Shown piece after piece: positions 63,398 through 64,000 of a stretch of 64,000 nt of DNA. The translations under genes were made by a program, and so were the position numbers. Below the pieces are notes generated by a model. It was not told where the DNA came from and searched no databases. It worked only from the letters and a program-made list of their open reading frames with translations. The first letter of the stretch is position 1, and every line of letters starts with the position of its first letter. This DNA is from a virus. The stretch covers positions 27,464 to 91,463 of the IMG/VR virus record IMGVR_UViG_3300014202_000478. One strand, 5' to 3'.

Positions 63398-64000
63398 ATG
63401 TCAACTGTATGTAGTAATAACACTCTCTTTCTTAACCGTCCCAGCCAACAAGCCGCAAACGCCTGTTGTGCCAACAGTGGATGCTCCGATAACGGTTTAA
63501 TAGCCCCACCTCCAGGCTGTTGTGGTAAAATTGGCAAGCGTCCCTGTCGTGAAAAAATTATAGAACAAATCAAAGACCTAGTGCTGCTAAGACTTGGCGC
63601 TCCCGTAATTAAAATAGAATTAGATGAACAGAATCTTAATGCCGCTGTAGAGCTTGCACTACTAGAATTTGAAGAGTTCGCTGGACGTGAGCATTTCACA
63701 TACTACGTTTTCAGTACCCAAGCGGGCAAGAGCGTTTACACGATGCCACCTGACGTTGGCTTCATTCGTATGGTTTATTACCGCGAACAGCCACAAGTCA
63801 CCTTCAATGGCTCTGACTTAGGTGGTGTTCTCCCTATCGAATATTATTACCCAGGTGGTAGCTATTCTTCTATCCAGGGCGGTATGATGGACCCAAATAC
63901 ACCAATCTATGGACGTGCAGGCGAATGGGTTCTTTATAAGCAATACGAACAAATGTATAACCGATTGTCTAGTCAACTAGGTGGCTGGGAATGGATTGAC
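63398..64000 (+). CDS. neck protein (gp13-like), partial
   Basis: Hand translation: ...LLRLGAPVIKIELDEQNLNAAVELAL.EF; Cys-rich N-terminus; TAAATA-N5-ATG. Confidence 0.8.
   Translation, partial: MSTVCSNNTLFLNRPSQQAANACCANSGCSDNGLIAPPPGCCGKIGKRPCREKIIEQIKDLVLLRLGAPVIKIELDEQNLNAAVELALLEFEEFAGREHFTYYVFSTQAGKSVYTMPPDVGFIRMVYYREQPQVTFNGSDLGGVLPIEYYYPGGSYSSIQGGMMDPNTPIYGRAGEWVLYKQYEQMYNRLSSQLGGWEWID

Noticed and set aside
1-64000. Bacterial chromosome or eukaryotic giant virus origin, given rplL, aceA and pyrG
   Set aside because: These genes are isolated among T4-like structural and replication genes, late promoter motifs and phage-type small ORFs; no ribosomal operon context.

Overview
This 64 kb window looks like part of a large T4-like (jumbo/huge) myophage genome, probably from a Planctomycetota/PVC host; the host call is inferred from the bL12 N-terminus and a planctomycete-style secreted protein. 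It encodes gp46/47-like nuclease, NrdAB, PyrG, two DNA methyltransferases, a Holliday junction resolvase, a gp55-like sigma factor, neck/tail proteins (gp13, gp14, gp15, sheath, three tube paralogues), host-type genes (rplL, aceA, alkB), a MoxR/VWA island and 18 tRNA genes. Main discovery: all 18 tRNAs are Leu, Ser or Tyr, the bacterial class II (long variable arm) families, and four Leu tRNAs lack the long arm. The main 12-tRNA run sits behind an unannotated attenuator-like leader: a sigma70-like promoter, a 27-codon peptide with 14 consecutive Leu/Ser/Tyr codons covering all 10 anticodons in the window, an intrinsic terminator and a boxA. This suggests a ribosome-based sensor of class II tRNA depletion that switches on a replacement tRNA set. 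Other highlights: candidate ncRNAs inside the array, about 10 proteins with T4-like capsid-targeting N-termini, leaderless late promoters, and a probable -1 frameshift joining gp26-like and gp51-like chaperone ORFs. All calls were read by eye; no searches or folding programs were run.
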